A DNA stretch of 64,000 nucleotides from Squalus acanthias (GCA_030390025.1 CM059432.1:12958001-13022000); one strand, 5' to 3'; shown: positions 50,201-61,730, counted from the stretch's first letter. The notes: a model not told the origin generated them from the letters alone. Made by a program: numbers and translations.

Positions 50201-50330
50201 CGCGTGGCCCACGGCCATCGCGGGGGCTGGTATGGGGGCGGACTTGAAAGAGCAGGGAGGTGTGCACCGTTGTGCCCTGGCGCCGAACCGTGCGTGGTAG
50301 TAACAGTGGCCCAGGTTAGTGGGGCACGAA
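47226..50330 (-). pseudogene. pol: Gypsy pol (Gag CHCC knuckle, protease, RT, RNase H, integrase, GPY/F module)
   Basis: CYYHARFGARAQRCTPPC; FLCDTGA; YLDD; TDAS/RELLA/DHKPL; HNLSH..CLAC; HVDIVGP..SDRG..ERFH; frameshift near 47560 before PLQPPYDGPYKV. Confidence 0.9.
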
Positions 50331-50915
50331 GGACCCCGTGGGGCTGGTGGCTGGTCCTTGTGGCCGCGTGGTGGCCGGTGAGGGGCGCGCCCAGGCATTG
50401 GCTGCCAGGTCCGGAGTGACGTCGCGGCTGGAGTGAGCGGACAGCAGCTTGTCGGCCTCATCGGCCAGGGCTTCCAGGTTCGTGAGGCCTGACGCCACGA
50501 TCGCTGGGCGGATGCTGAGAGGGAGCTGGCGGATGAACAGCGTGCGGAAGAGGGATCCGGGTGGGCTCTCGTCGGTGAGGGAGAGCATGTGGGAGAGGAG
50601 GTCTGACGGTGAGGCATCACCGAGGCCTGGAAGGTCGAGGAGGTGGCAGTTTCGCTGATATGCCGAGGCCGTAAATTTTTTAAGGTGCGCTGCCTTAAGA
50701 CGTGCATACTTGCCTTCCTCTGGTGGGTTCTGCAGCGCTGTCCAAATCTTCGAAACTGTGGCGCTACCGAGTGATGTGACGAGGTAGTCGTACTGCGGCC
50801 CATCTTTGGTGATGTTTCGCAGCCGGAAGCGGGATTCAGCTTGGAGAAACCAGGCTTCAGGCTGGTTTTCCCAAAACTCCGGCAGTTTCACGGAAACTGC
50901 GTTCGTGTCCGCCAT
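50316..50915 (-). CDS. gag: Gypsy gag N-terminal ORF (199 aa)
   Basis: ATG in gcaATGG context; VKLPEFWENQPEAWFLQAESRF motif typical of CsRn1/Kabuki-type Gag. Confidence 0.85.
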   Translation of the reverse strand: MADTNAVSVKLPEFWENQPEAWFLQAESRFRLRNITKDGPQYDYLVTSLGSATVSKIWTALQNPPEEGKYARLKAAHLKKFTASAYQRNCHLLDLPGLGDASPSDLLSHMLSLTDESPPGSLFRTLFIRQLPLSIRPAIVASGLTNLEALADEADKLLSAHSSRDVTPDLAANAWARPSPATTRPQGPATSPTGSFVPH

Positions 50916-50940
50916 TGCAGTGCTCAGAATACGTTCTGAG

Positions 50941-50954
50941 CGTCGGGGTCACCA
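50941..50954 (-). promoter_or_regulatory. Primer-binding site complementary to the 3' end of tRNA-Trp
   Basis: TGGTGACCCCGACG lies 1 nt downstream of the 5' LTR. Confidence 0.9.
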
Positions 50955-50955
50955 A

Positions 50956-51203
50956 TGTTGAGGCTGCCGCGAAAACACGAATTAAGACTGAATCCATGTG
51001 TGTGAAACAAAGGCTTTTTAATACCACTGCATGGTCCAAAATGGCTGAACAGACTGCTCCCAGAATTCTCTGGAAAAACCCTGAGGCCCCGCCCACTCCT
51101 TTTCTCCTGCCTTAAAGGCAAGGTGCCTTAAAGGCAAGATGCTCGATATATTGTCCACGGACGGAAAAGTGGATAATGCCCGTTTAGGTGGCGATCCACC
51201 ACA
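50956..51203 (-). repeat. 5' LTR (248 bp)
   Basis: Near-identical to 46835-47081. Confidence 0.95.
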
Positions 51204-51492
51204 ACACCAAATAAACAGCTAACAGATCTCTCCTGACAGAGCTCACAGTACTCGACAGCAATGTTTCCGCTAAGCTGCACGGTCGCACTAATGAGAAAGG
51301 TCCCACGCAGGTCGCTCACCAGCTTTTACATTGGAAATACCGTGCATGCACAGAAATTTAAAGGGACCGCACATTAAAAGAAACAGGCCGCGCAGAACAA
51401 AGCGCAGCTCACAGGGAGCATTGCTCCAGAGTTTGGAGTATGGTTGTGAAGTTAGCTGCTAACCTGGCCCGACCCTTTATAAGCCAATGCTG

Positions 51493-51927
51493 GAAAGAAA
51501 GACTTGCATTTACAACCTTTCACAACCTCAGGACGTCCCAAAGCGCTTTACAGCCATTGAAGTACTTTTTGAAGTGTAGTCACCGTTGTAATGTAGGAAA
51601 CACAGCAGCCAATTTGCCCACAAACAATGTGATAATGACCAGAAAATCTGTTTTTTAATGGTGTTGATTGAGGGATAAATATTGGCCAGGACGCCGGGGA
51701 TAATTCTGCTGCTCTTCTTCGAAATAGTGGCATGGGATCTTTTATGTACACCTGAGAGGGAGCAGGCAGGGTCTCAGTTTAACATCTCATTCAAAAGACA
51801 GCATCTCCGACAGTGCAGCACTCCCTCAGCACTGCACTGGAGTGTCAGCCTAGATTTTTGTGCTCAAGTCTCTGGAGTGGGATTTGAACCCACAACCTTC
51901 TGACTCAGAGGCAAACTGAGCCACTGC
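51493..51927 (-). mobile_element. Deu-SINE
   Basis: Tail, partly deleted core, B-box and A-box in reverse complement. Confidence 0.85.
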
Positions 51928-53509
51928 TGGAGTACTACCTCTGGGAAGTTGTCTAAACAGACAAGTCTAGGTAACTGCAATTGTTTGTAAACTTGTAGAC
52001 TCAATTAAAACTTCGAGCACCAGGACGAGACAGGCTTTATTTATCTTCTTTTTAAAAAAAGATTGTTTTGCGTCTACGACAAAGTTTAACACTTTGAAGC
52101 ACGAATGTAACATCTGGAGTGTGACTGGCATGTGCTAGACACAAACGTTTATATATAATAGATTGGAATAAATTTATAGAGTCACTTCTCCGCTAATAGC
52201 AATTATTACAGTAGACAGGAATGAGCCTGCTAAGATTTTGCACTAAATATTGCAAATAGTTTGGCAACAGGCTGTTCATAACAATGCATTGCAATACAAC
52301 GTATCCCTGATTGGGGGAGGGGGGGGGGGGGTTAAAACCAATATGTGAAATAGATATTAATTTACTTAAGTTACTTTGGCCCTGGGCTAATGGCACACAG
52401 TTGATCTGATTTTGAACCTATGACAGTTTATGAACCCATATCACTTACAGCCTTCAAGGAGTGTTTTAGTCGACACACTCTCTATGGGTACAGAGTAACA
52501 ATATCACTCAGCTGGATCAGTGACCAGGAATGTAATCCTATCAGTGTACGGTATCAAAAGTGGCATTTTCTATTCATTCTCCCAACCCTTCAAAGTCCAA
52601 GCTGTTTTCTAGTAGAAATATGAAGATATGTAATGATGACTGGGAAGTTTTTCTTTACCGTGCCAAATCAAGAGGAACAAACTCGATTACCAATGGTAGC
52701 ATTGCGCTTTCTGGAACTGACCGAACCAAATATAAAATGACAGCCTTTGAATCTGCATCCATGCCTCTGGGGCATTGGAAATGAAAGCCTTTCTTTTTAA
52801 ACAGAGTGAAGTAACCTCGGTAGATATGAGCGCTGATAGTTATTTAGTTATAATGTAAAAATCTGCAGTTATTGCAGTTGCCCAGCTTTAAGAAATAATG
52901 GAAACATCTGGAATTTCCAGCGAGGGGAAACATTGCATTTGGATTCAATAAAGTAATTTAAATCTTCTAGATTATTCCGTTCATTATCTGTCTTTCGCAT
53001 GTCATGGAACAAAAGAAACCAATACCACATTGTGTCGACTTACAGATGATTTTATTTATGGGAGGGGAGTGGGTACTGAGAGCTTTCGTGCAACTTTATC
53101 CCAACATCAGGTAAAGTGCTGCTCAGTGCCTGACCTGCATTTCACTAATAACATCTGCTTGATGTCTTCATACTTCTCTTGAGTTAAATGCAGCCACTCA
53201 ATGTCCACTGAATTGTAATGTTTTATTCAGCACTGGTGTGGGCATCTGCAGCGCTCTTAACATCTTACAGCTGCTCAAACCACAAGTGGACCTCCCTTGG
53301 TGTTGCACAAGGTAAGTTAAAGCATACACTTTGTTACAAGGACGGGAGCACAATGGGGGTCGAATTCCCCAATCGTCCACCACAACTTTGTCGGAAGATC
53401 GCCACAGAAACCCCAGAGGAAGGGCATTCTCTGTAGTTTCTCCTGGATCTTCTGACAAAGTTCTGGCAGAGGATGGGGAACCCTGCACCCAACCCCCGCC
53501 GCCCCCCCC

Positions 53510-54065
53510 CTGGATATTCAACCCGGTTGTGCGTCACTATAACTCCCGGGCGTTATCTTGATGCTGCCCGTCAGCTGCCTGCCTGAAACGGATGGGAAGC
53601 AGCAGCCAGACAGCAGGTTGGAATAGAATTCCGTGCGGCAGGAACGCACTGGCCGACACCAAAGGAACGGTTGCCAGCAACAAGGTAAGTTGGTGGAGGG
53701 GAGGGGATTTTTTGGGGGAGGAGGAGGAGGGGGGAGCCCGAGGCAGGGGAGCCCTAAACTCTGCTTGGAGGAGCAAGGGGAGCGCTCCTGCTCCTCCTGG
53801 CCCCACAAGGAAAGTTTAAAAAAACAAGTGGAAAAAAAAACCTTACCTCTTCAGGCTTCTTCTGGCCCTGGATCTCCTCCCCACTATCTCCACCTGGGCG
53901 GGAAAGCTACAATGGCTTCCCCGCTCAGGCCAGAGTTAAGTTTGCAGTTGGGGGCGCTCGATGACGTTATCAGACCCCGATATGCAAGGTGAAAGAAGGA
54001 CACCGCTGGATTCAGGCAGGCCTCCGAATTTCAACTGCCCGCCCACCCGATTTCGGCCGCCTCAG
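53510..54065. mobile_element. GC-rich MITE-like element related to 8533-9221
   Basis: CpG-rich; similar CCCGCC subterminal motifs and central AGGTAAGT / CTTACCT; termini unclear. Confidence 0.4.
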
Positions 54066-54230
54066 CATTTTACGATTGTTTCGGATCTAAAAAAGTGAGA
54101 CATCTGGTGTGTGATGTCTGGTGTTTGATATTTGCATTTCGTAGATGTACTGTTGTTAATATTTGTATATATTAATCGGTACATGGAAATTAGACTACTT
54201 CCCTCACAGGGAATACCTGCAGTAGCCTTA

Positions 54231-54546
54231 AAGAAAGACCTGCATTTTCATAGCGCCTTTCACAACCTCAGGACGTCTCAAAGCGCTTTACAGCCAATGA
54301 AGTACTTTTGAAGTGTAGTCACTGTTGTAATGTAGGAAACACGGCAGCCAATTTGCGCACAGCAAGCTCCCGCAAACAGCAATGTGATAATGGCCAGATA
54401 ATCTTGTTTCAGTGATGTTGGTTGAGGGATTAATATTGGCCAGGACAATAGTGCCATGGAATCTTTTACATCCACCTGAGAGGGCAGACGGGGCCTCAAT
54501 TTAACATCTCCTCTGAAAGACGGCACCTCTGACAGTGCAGCACTCC
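54231..54546 (-). mobile_element. Deu-SINE, 5'-truncated
   Basis: Core and tail. Confidence 0.85.
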
Positions 54547-55057
54547 AGGCCAGGTGAGCAACCGTGCTCCAGCTCCAAGACTACCAGTGAGCAACACCAA
54601 AGGAGACCAGCTCTTTTTCTTTCTCTCTCTCTCTGTATATACTGTTTGTGTGAGTGTATATACAGATAAGCTTCTCCATATACTGACACAGGCATGATGG
54701 ACCTACTTCTGTGCGCTGTCATTCTATGATATACACACAGCTTTTGCAGATAGTCTTCTCATATAAGAATGTTTAAGAATGATTTAACTCTCAAATTTAA
54801 ATGTCATATTCAGGCTTTGCCTTTATTTTGATGTCTCCTCCACAGTGTTAGTGCTGACCACCAATTCAGTAGTATGTTGGGCTGGGAGTAGTGTGATTAA
54901 AGAACCAACATCCTCACCACTTTCAATGTCAACCTCCCCTTGCTCAAAAAATATCCTTCTGACTTTCTGTTTTCCGTATAAAGCAGCAGAATCATATTTT
55001 AAAGTATTGAGGTATCCTAAACTTATAACTTTTCAACAGTTATGTTTCTGGTTGGGC

Positions 55058-55660
55058 TCTGGAATTCCCTCCCTTAAACCTCTCCACCTCTCTCTCTCTC
55101 CTCCTTTAGAACATAAGAATTAGGAGCAGGAGTAGGCCATACGGCCCCTCGAGCCTGCTCCACATTCAATAAGATCATGGCTGATCTTCCACCTCAACTC
55201 CACCTTCCAACACTATCCCCATATCCCTGGATGCCCCTAGAGTCCAAAAATCTATCTATCTCAGCCTTGAATATACTCAAAGACTCAGCAGCCACAGCCC
55301 TCTGGGCCAGAGAATTCCAGAGATTCACAACCCTCAGTGAAGAAATTCCTCCTCATCTCAGTCTTAAAAGGCCAACCCCTTATCCTGAAAATATGCCCCC
55401 TAGTTCTAGACACTCCAGCCAGGGGAAACAATCTCTCAGTATCTATCCTGTCAATCCCCCTCAGAATCTTAAATGTTTAAATTATATGTTCAATATGTTT
55501 TAAGATGCTCCTTAAAACCTATCTCTTTCACCAAGCTTTTGGTCTCCTGTCCTAATATCTCCTTTTATGTGGCTCGGTGTCAAATTTCATCTGATAACGC
55601 TCCTGTGAAGTGCCTTGGGATGTTTTACTATGATGAAGGTGCTATATAAATGCAAATTGT
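55058..55660. mobile_element. L2 3' end (plus strand) interrupted by a CR1 3' fragment (minus strand, about 55108-55480)
   Basis: TCTGGAATTCCCTCCC...CTCCTTTA|...|TTTAAGATGCTCCTTAAAACC; CR1 tail AGAACATAAGAA. Confidence 0.75.
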
Positions 55661-55684
55661 ATTTGGAAACTAGGGTAAAAAAAA

Positions 55685-56197
55685 ATTATTAGTTCCTGGG
55701 ATGTGGACGTTGCTGGCAAGGCCAGCATTTATTGCCCATCCCTAATTGCCCTTGAGAAGGTGGTGGTGAGCTGCCTTCTTGAACTGCTGCAGTCCATGTG
55801 GTGAAGGTACTCCCACAGTGCTGTTAGGGAGTGAGTTCCAGGATTTTGACCCAGCGACGATGAAGGAACAGTGATATATTTCACAGTCAGGATGGGGTGT
55901 AACTTGGAGGGGAACTTGGAGGTGGTGGTGTTCCCATGTGCTTGCTGCCCTTGTCCTTCTAGGTGGTAGAGATCATGGGTTTGGGAGGTGCTGTCGAAGA
56001 AGCCGGTGGTGGAGGGTGTGAATGTTTAAGGTGGTGGATGGGGGGCCAATCAAGCGGGCTGCTTTGTCCTGGATGGTGTCGAGCTTCTTGAGTGTTGTTG
56101 GAGCTGCACTCATCCAGGCAAGTGGAGAGTATTCCATCACACTCCTTACTTGTGCCTTGTAGATGGTGGAAAGTCTTTGGGGAGTCGGGAGGTGAGA
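55685..56197 (-). mobile_element. Zenon-like CR1 3' fragment
   Basis: IYKAQVRSVMEYSPLAW. Confidence 0.85.
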
Positions 56198-57244
56198 CAA
56201 TTTAATGTGAAATATCAAGTTCTGAGGCTCGATACTCAGTTTTGGCAAAGTCTTGACACAAGTTGAATCTTCAGATCATGATTCAGAGGAAAGCACTCCG
56301 TTAGAGACAAAAGCTAAATCATTCAAAGTGAGAAAAGCCAATTGAATTAAAACAGACGGTGGTTGAAGTTAATTTAAGACAAGCTCTGCTATACCAGTGA
56401 GAAAAGCTGTCGGGTAGTTTAACCCCCTGCCTTTTCACAGCCCCGATCTATTTCATACTTTCGAGCTCTTGAAATTCCATCCATTCGAACGCCTGGAGAC
56501 AAATTTTTAAACTAAAACAAAAACATGTCAGGAGTTGTTACATTTGAAAGAAAACCGAGGAACCGCACATATCCAAACAAGGGTTTCCATAATTCGGGTT
56601 AAGTGGGGAGAGGGGGTTGGGCGCTAAAGTTAATTGCAGCCGGGTTAAAACAGTCTCATTGAGCCCCAGTCTCGGTTGGCAGTCGTGTTACTTTTTACAA
56701 AGTAATCCGAGAGTGACCCGAGCGTGTCCAGGAAACCAGCACTTGGCATCGTTTGATAGAATTATTGTCACTATTTAACGTGGCTGGGGGAAACTGGACA
56801 ACCTGGAATCGTGTAGGAAAACAAAAATCCCTGAAATAGAGTCCACCTGGAACGTGTAGTCTCGCCTTGTGCTCGCCGCTAACTGTTATTACACTTGGGG
56901 ATTTCCAAACATTCGATAGCAGTAATCATTTTTTTTTAACAGCAGATCCTAAAAACAACAATCTCCTAATCCCTATGTGTCTTTCTGCAAATACAGGGAG
57001 CCTCGACAGCCTTTGTCTGTGTGTGTGTGTTTTTTCTCTCAGTATTATTAGTATCTTATTTGTGTAACTGACTTTTAGGGGTGTGCAAAACTGGAGTTTA
57101 ATCCGTCAGTATTAACATGGGTGATATTTGCAGTCTCAGTTTACACTGCACTGCGGATTGCTGTGAAGTTCGAACTGCCCTTATAAGATGCTGCAGTTCA
57201 ATGTGTCATTTTCCAACAATTCAATCCCCCGTTTTAAAGGAATA

Positions 57245-57433
57245 GAAAGAAAGACTTGCATTTATATAGTGCCTTACACAACCTCAGGATGTCCCAAAGC
57301 GCTTTACAGCCAATGAAGTACTTATTGGAGTGTAGTCACTGTTGTAATGTGGGAAACGCGGCCGCCAATTTGCGCACTGCAAGCTCCCACAAACAGCAAT
57401 GTGGTAATGACCAGATAATCTGTTTTAGTGATG
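57245..57433 (-). mobile_element. Deu-SINE 3' half
   Basis: Core and tail. Confidence 0.8.
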
Positions 57434-57574
57434 TCGATTTTGATAACATCGTCCCATCTTTAGAATGACCCATTAGGTATTAGTCTGGCACACAAGTAGA
57501 ATAGGGCAACACCAAGCTTACCCCACAGAAAGGAAGTGCGTCAGACTTCTACATGCCAGCTATAACCTTATCAT

Positions 57575-58120
57575 TATGTACAGTTTTGGTCTCCTTACCT
57601 AAGGAAGGATATACTTGCCATAGAGGGAGTGCAACGAAGGTTCACCAGACTGATTCCTGGGATGGGGGGATTGTCCTGTGAGGAGAGATTGAGTGGACTA
57701 GGGCTATATTCTCTAGAGTTTAGAAGGGGATCTCATTGAAACATACAAAATTCTTACCGGGTTTGACAGGATAGATGCAGGGAGGATGTTTTCCCCTGGC
57801 TGGGGAGTCTAGAACCAGGGGGTCACAGTCTCAGAATAAGGGGTTGGCCATTTAGGACTGAGATGAGGAGAAATTTCTTCACTGAGAGGGTGGTGAATCT
57901 TTGGAATTCTCTCCCCAGAGGGCTGTGGAGGCCCAGTCATTGAGTATATTCAAGACAGAGATCGATAGATTTTTGAATATTAAGGGAATCAAGGGATATG
58001 GGGATAGTGCAGGAAAGTGGAGATGAGGTAGAAGATCAGCCATGATCTTATTGAATGGCGGAGCAGGCTCGAGGGACCAAATGGCCTACTCCTGCTCCTA
58101 TTTCTTATGTATGTTCTTAT
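57575..58120 (+). mobile_element. CR1 3' fragment
   Basis: VQFWSPYLRKDILAIEGVQRRFTRLIPG; tail. Confidence 0.88.
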
Positions 58121-58307
58121 TCCTTCTTTACTTTCCACTGGTGATATAGAGTACTTTCATCGGCATTTAATTCTGTTCTCACTACACGCCCCGTGTCAAA
58201 ACTCCAAGGCCTTGGTACCTGGGCTACAGTTTGGAAACGGGTGGGTTGCACCCCAATATTTTACATCCATATATATATATAGCACCTTATAATATAGCAA
58301 AACTCAC

Positions 58308-58700
58308 CCGTTGTAAGTTTTCACTCTCAGCTGTGCTGCTGGGAAGAGGCCCAAGGAACCACTCACAGACAACAGAAGAACATTAAGCAACACGAGTCCA
58401 TCTCCCCTGGTTGCACAGGGGGAGGGGTCGGTCGGCCCGACTGCCTGCCTCTCTTTCGCGCCCGGGTGTCCCTGGAGATGGAGCATGCTTGAGGGTTTCC
58501 GTGACTGGAGTGCTTCATCAGCCCGCAAAACAGAATTTTGATTTAATTTGTTAAGTTGCCTTTAAATTTTGTTTTAAGTTACAGTTTTATGGGTTGTGCC
58601 CCTTTAAGAAGGGGGCACATGCTGGCTCCTAATTGGTGATGACATCAGTCATCAATTAAGTTGTAACCAATAAGAAGTTGCACAGAGGGGTCAGCGCCAA
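58308..58700 (-). promoter_or_regulatory. Candidate first exon (ending at donor GG|gtgagt, 58308) and proximal promoter of the minus-strand host gene
   Basis: Unique sequence with local CpG enrichment; CCAAT boxes in both orientations (about 58632 and 58667); CRE-like TGACATCA (about 58640); strong splice donor. Confidence 0.4.
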
Positions 58701-59029
58701 GTGTAGTCTTCAGGTGAAGCGGGTTTCGAGGGTAGCGGATAATTAGGCCAGGGTGTGCACTCGTAATTCATACCCCATTTTAAAGTCATACCTTCTGACC
58801 TTATTTTTATATTTCCATTATAAATATTATATATGTCCACGTTTGGAATGGAAAATGCCTATGTAAACTTGACACTCTGCAATTACAGCCTCCTGCAGTG
58901 CTACTGCAGCGCCTCCATTGATTGGAGGATGTAACTACAGGTCGCAAGTTTGCATTGAGAGTTTCCATTATAAATGTGGACCTAGGAATGTAGAATGGGA
59001 AAACTGACAGCAAGTGTGCGCAAACATAA

Positions 59030-59557
59030 TATTTGGGCACCACACTTTAGGAAGGATGTCAAGGTCTTGGAGCGGGTGCAGGGGAGATTTACTGGAATGG
59101 TACCAGGGATGAGGGACTTCAGTTGCATGGCGAGACTGGAGAAGCTGCGATTGTTCTCCTTAGAGCAGAGAAGGTTAAAGGGAGATTTAATAGTGGCGTT
59201 CAAAATCATGAAGGGTTTTGATAGAGTAAATAAGGAGAAACTGTTTCCAGTGGCAAAAGGGTCATTAACCAGAGGACACAGAGGTAATTGGCAAAAGAGC
59301 CAGAGGTGAGATGAGGATCGTTTTTTTTACGCAGTGAGTTGTTGTGATCAGGAATGCGCTGCCTGAAAGGGCGGTGGAAGCAGATTCAATAGTAACTTTC
59401 GAAAGGGAATTGGATAAATACTTGAAGGAAATAAAATTCCAGGGCTATGGGGAAAGAGCAGGGGAGTGGGATTAATTGGATAGCTCTTTCAAAGAGCCAG
59501 CACAGGCACGATGGGCCGAATGGCCTCCTTCTGTGCTGTATGATTCTATGATTCTAT
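59030..59557 (+). mobile_element. CR1 3' fragment
   Basis: WAPHFRKDVKVLERVQGRFTGMVPG; (CTATGATT)n tail. Confidence 0.88.
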
Positions 59558-60124
59558 ATAGCTGTTGTTCCAACAACATGTTCCAACAAGTCTGTCCGTG
59601 TTGATTGATCTCAGTCCCACTTACTAAATCCCTGCACGCCTCTCTCCAGAAACACAGTTGCCTCTGTTCACTTCAGTGGCCTTTCCTGGTAACTTGTTCC
59701 ACAATTCTATCACCCTTTGTGAAAATCGTTTCTGTCTGATCTTTTTCTTCTCCTCGCTTCCCAATTTTTAACTTGTGTCCCTTAATGTTTGAAGAAGGAA
59801 AAACTGGAGGAAAAGTCAACACCAGATTGCTCTCGCTCGCCACCGAGCAACACTGATAGAGGACTTGGAACCAGGACTCCCACCTGACTTCTAGCTCAAC
59901 AATTCATTGGTTACAAAGCACTTTGGGAGGTCCTGAGGTCGTGAAAGACATTATATAAATGCAAGCCTTTATTTTTCTCAATACTCTATGGTTATAGGAG
60001 ACAATTCATGCTTGCTGTGTGAAAAATCATGGCATCATAGAATCATAGACATTTACGACACAGGAGGAGGCCATTCGGCCCACCGTGTCTGTGCTGGCCA
60101 AAAAAAAGAGCTATCCAGCCTAAT

Positions 60125-60484
60125 CTGTCTGTGTGGAGTTTGCACATTCTCCCCGTGTCTGCGTGGGTTTCCTCCGGGTGCTCCGGTTTCCTCCCACAGT
60201 CCAAAAATGTGTGGGTTAGGTTGATTTGGCTATGATAAATTGACCCTTAGTGTTAGGGGGGATTAAATATGTGGGGTTATGGGGATAGGATGGGATATGT
60301 TAGGGGGAATTAAATACGTGGGGTTACGGGGGTAGGGTGGGATATGTGTACTGTGGGGATTAAAGCAGGGACAGGGTACTGGATTTGGATGATCAGCCAT
60401 GATCGTATTGAATGGCGGAGCAGGCTCGACGGGCCGAATGGCCTACTCCTGCTCCTAGATTCTATGTTTCTATGTTTCTATGTA
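60125..60484 (+). mobile_element. 5'-truncated HE1-like V-SINE fused to a CR1 3' UTR, inserted in a minus-strand CR1 tail (60034-60560)
   Basis: V-domain TGTGTGGAGTTTGCACATTCTCCCC; the tail matches the CR1 at 345-695; host sequence rejoins at CCTAATC|CCACTTTCC. Confidence 0.8.
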
Positions 60485-61228
60485 TCCCACTTTCCAGCTC
60501 TTGGTCCATAGCCTTGTAGGTTACAGCACTTCTCAAGTGCATATCCAAGTACTTTTTAAACTCTCTCATACATTTTGATCTGTCTTTCCATTTCTTCCCC
60601 ACATGATCACTTGTTTCCACATATATTCCAACTGAGTCCTAGCATCTGAATGAGCAAGTGTGGATCACACTGCAGACAACATCTGATACCCATCTGCCCC
60701 TTATTCACACTTCAGTGCCTTAAAAATACTTTTCTAAATTGATGTGCTTAAACATAAGAATGGCTTTTTGTTATCCTCTTAAAATAAAGTGCGTAATGAA
60801 GTGAATGTTGAACAATAATGTCAATTGGTCATCAATCACCTCTACTGCCTCACACGCTTCTGAAGTTTAATATTACCATGAAATATGCATCTGAGTAGTG
60901 TGTGGTGCAGCAAATATAACATTAATAACATCTGCTATGATAGATACCACATCTACTTCAGCATAAACTTTCCTCGGCATATAACATGGCTGCTCGGAAT
61001 TGATTTTCTTTTAAGCAAACTAGTTCCCCAGAATAGGGACTGCTCAAAAAATTTCCCAAACTTGAATGCTGCCTCTCTAAAAAGATAAATGCATATTCTA
61101 CTAAATTGTCACATCATTCTACATGGAATAAACAGAGATACCCATACTTTTACTGTCTTTCCATCAACTTTTGTGACCATTTTAAAACTGCTAGTTTGAA
61201 GCAGGTCTGAAGCAGACATTTTGTGCAC

Positions 61229-61247
61229 AGCTCCCCCTAGTGTGACA
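61229..61247 (-). promoter_or_regulatory. Candidate CTCF-binding site
   Basis: Reverse complement TGTCACACTAGGGGGAGCT resembles the CTCF core CCAC(T/C)AG(G/A)GGGC. Confidence 0.35.
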
Positions 61248-61486
61248 TCAGGAACTTCCATCCCACCGACAGCAATAATGGGGAGTGTTATCTAATGCCC
61301 ATTCGTGAAATCACTGGAGTTGACGTGTAAGTACGTGCATAAAGCCCTCTGCATCATTTTAGGTTTATGTAACAGTTCAGTAGAATGCACATCCACTTTA
61401 ACAATAAATGCTTTGTATCACTATGATACAAGATTTGGCAGCATTAGCTTAAAGGACTAAATCCTCTTGCAAATCAGGCCTCTATT

Positions 61487-61730
61487 AACAACAACAACTT
61501 GTATTTATGTAACACCTTTTAACGTAGTAAAACCATCCCGAGGCACTTCACAGGAGTATCATGAGCCACCGAGCCACATAAAGAGATATGAGGGCAGGTG
61601 ACCAAAAGCTTGGTCAAAGATGTAGGTTTTAAGGAGCGAATTAAAGGAGGAGGGAGAGGTAGAGAGGTGGAGAGCTTTAGGGAGGGAATTCCAGAGCTTA
61701 GGACCTAGGCAGCTGAAAGCACGGCCCCTA
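61487..61730 (-). mobile_element. L2 3' fragment
   Basis: (TTG)n tail; homologous to 44087-44310. Confidence 0.8.

Larger units (their letters stand above)
46835..51203 (-). mobile_element. Full-length Ty3/Gypsy LTR retrotransposon, CsRn1 clade
   Basis: Paired TG...CA LTRs, TSD ACAC (46831-46834, 51204-51207), tRNA-Trp PBS, PPT, gag-PR-RT-RH-IN order, CHCC Gag motif. Confidence 0.95.

Noticed and set aside
47432..50658. Multiple plus-strand ORFs overlapping Gypsy pol
   Set aside because: Antisense shadows of a GC-rich coding region; no domains recognised
46835..51203. Bacterial contamination or prophage suggested by high GC
   Set aside because: It is a eukaryotic LTR retrotransposon with a TSD joined to host-type flanks
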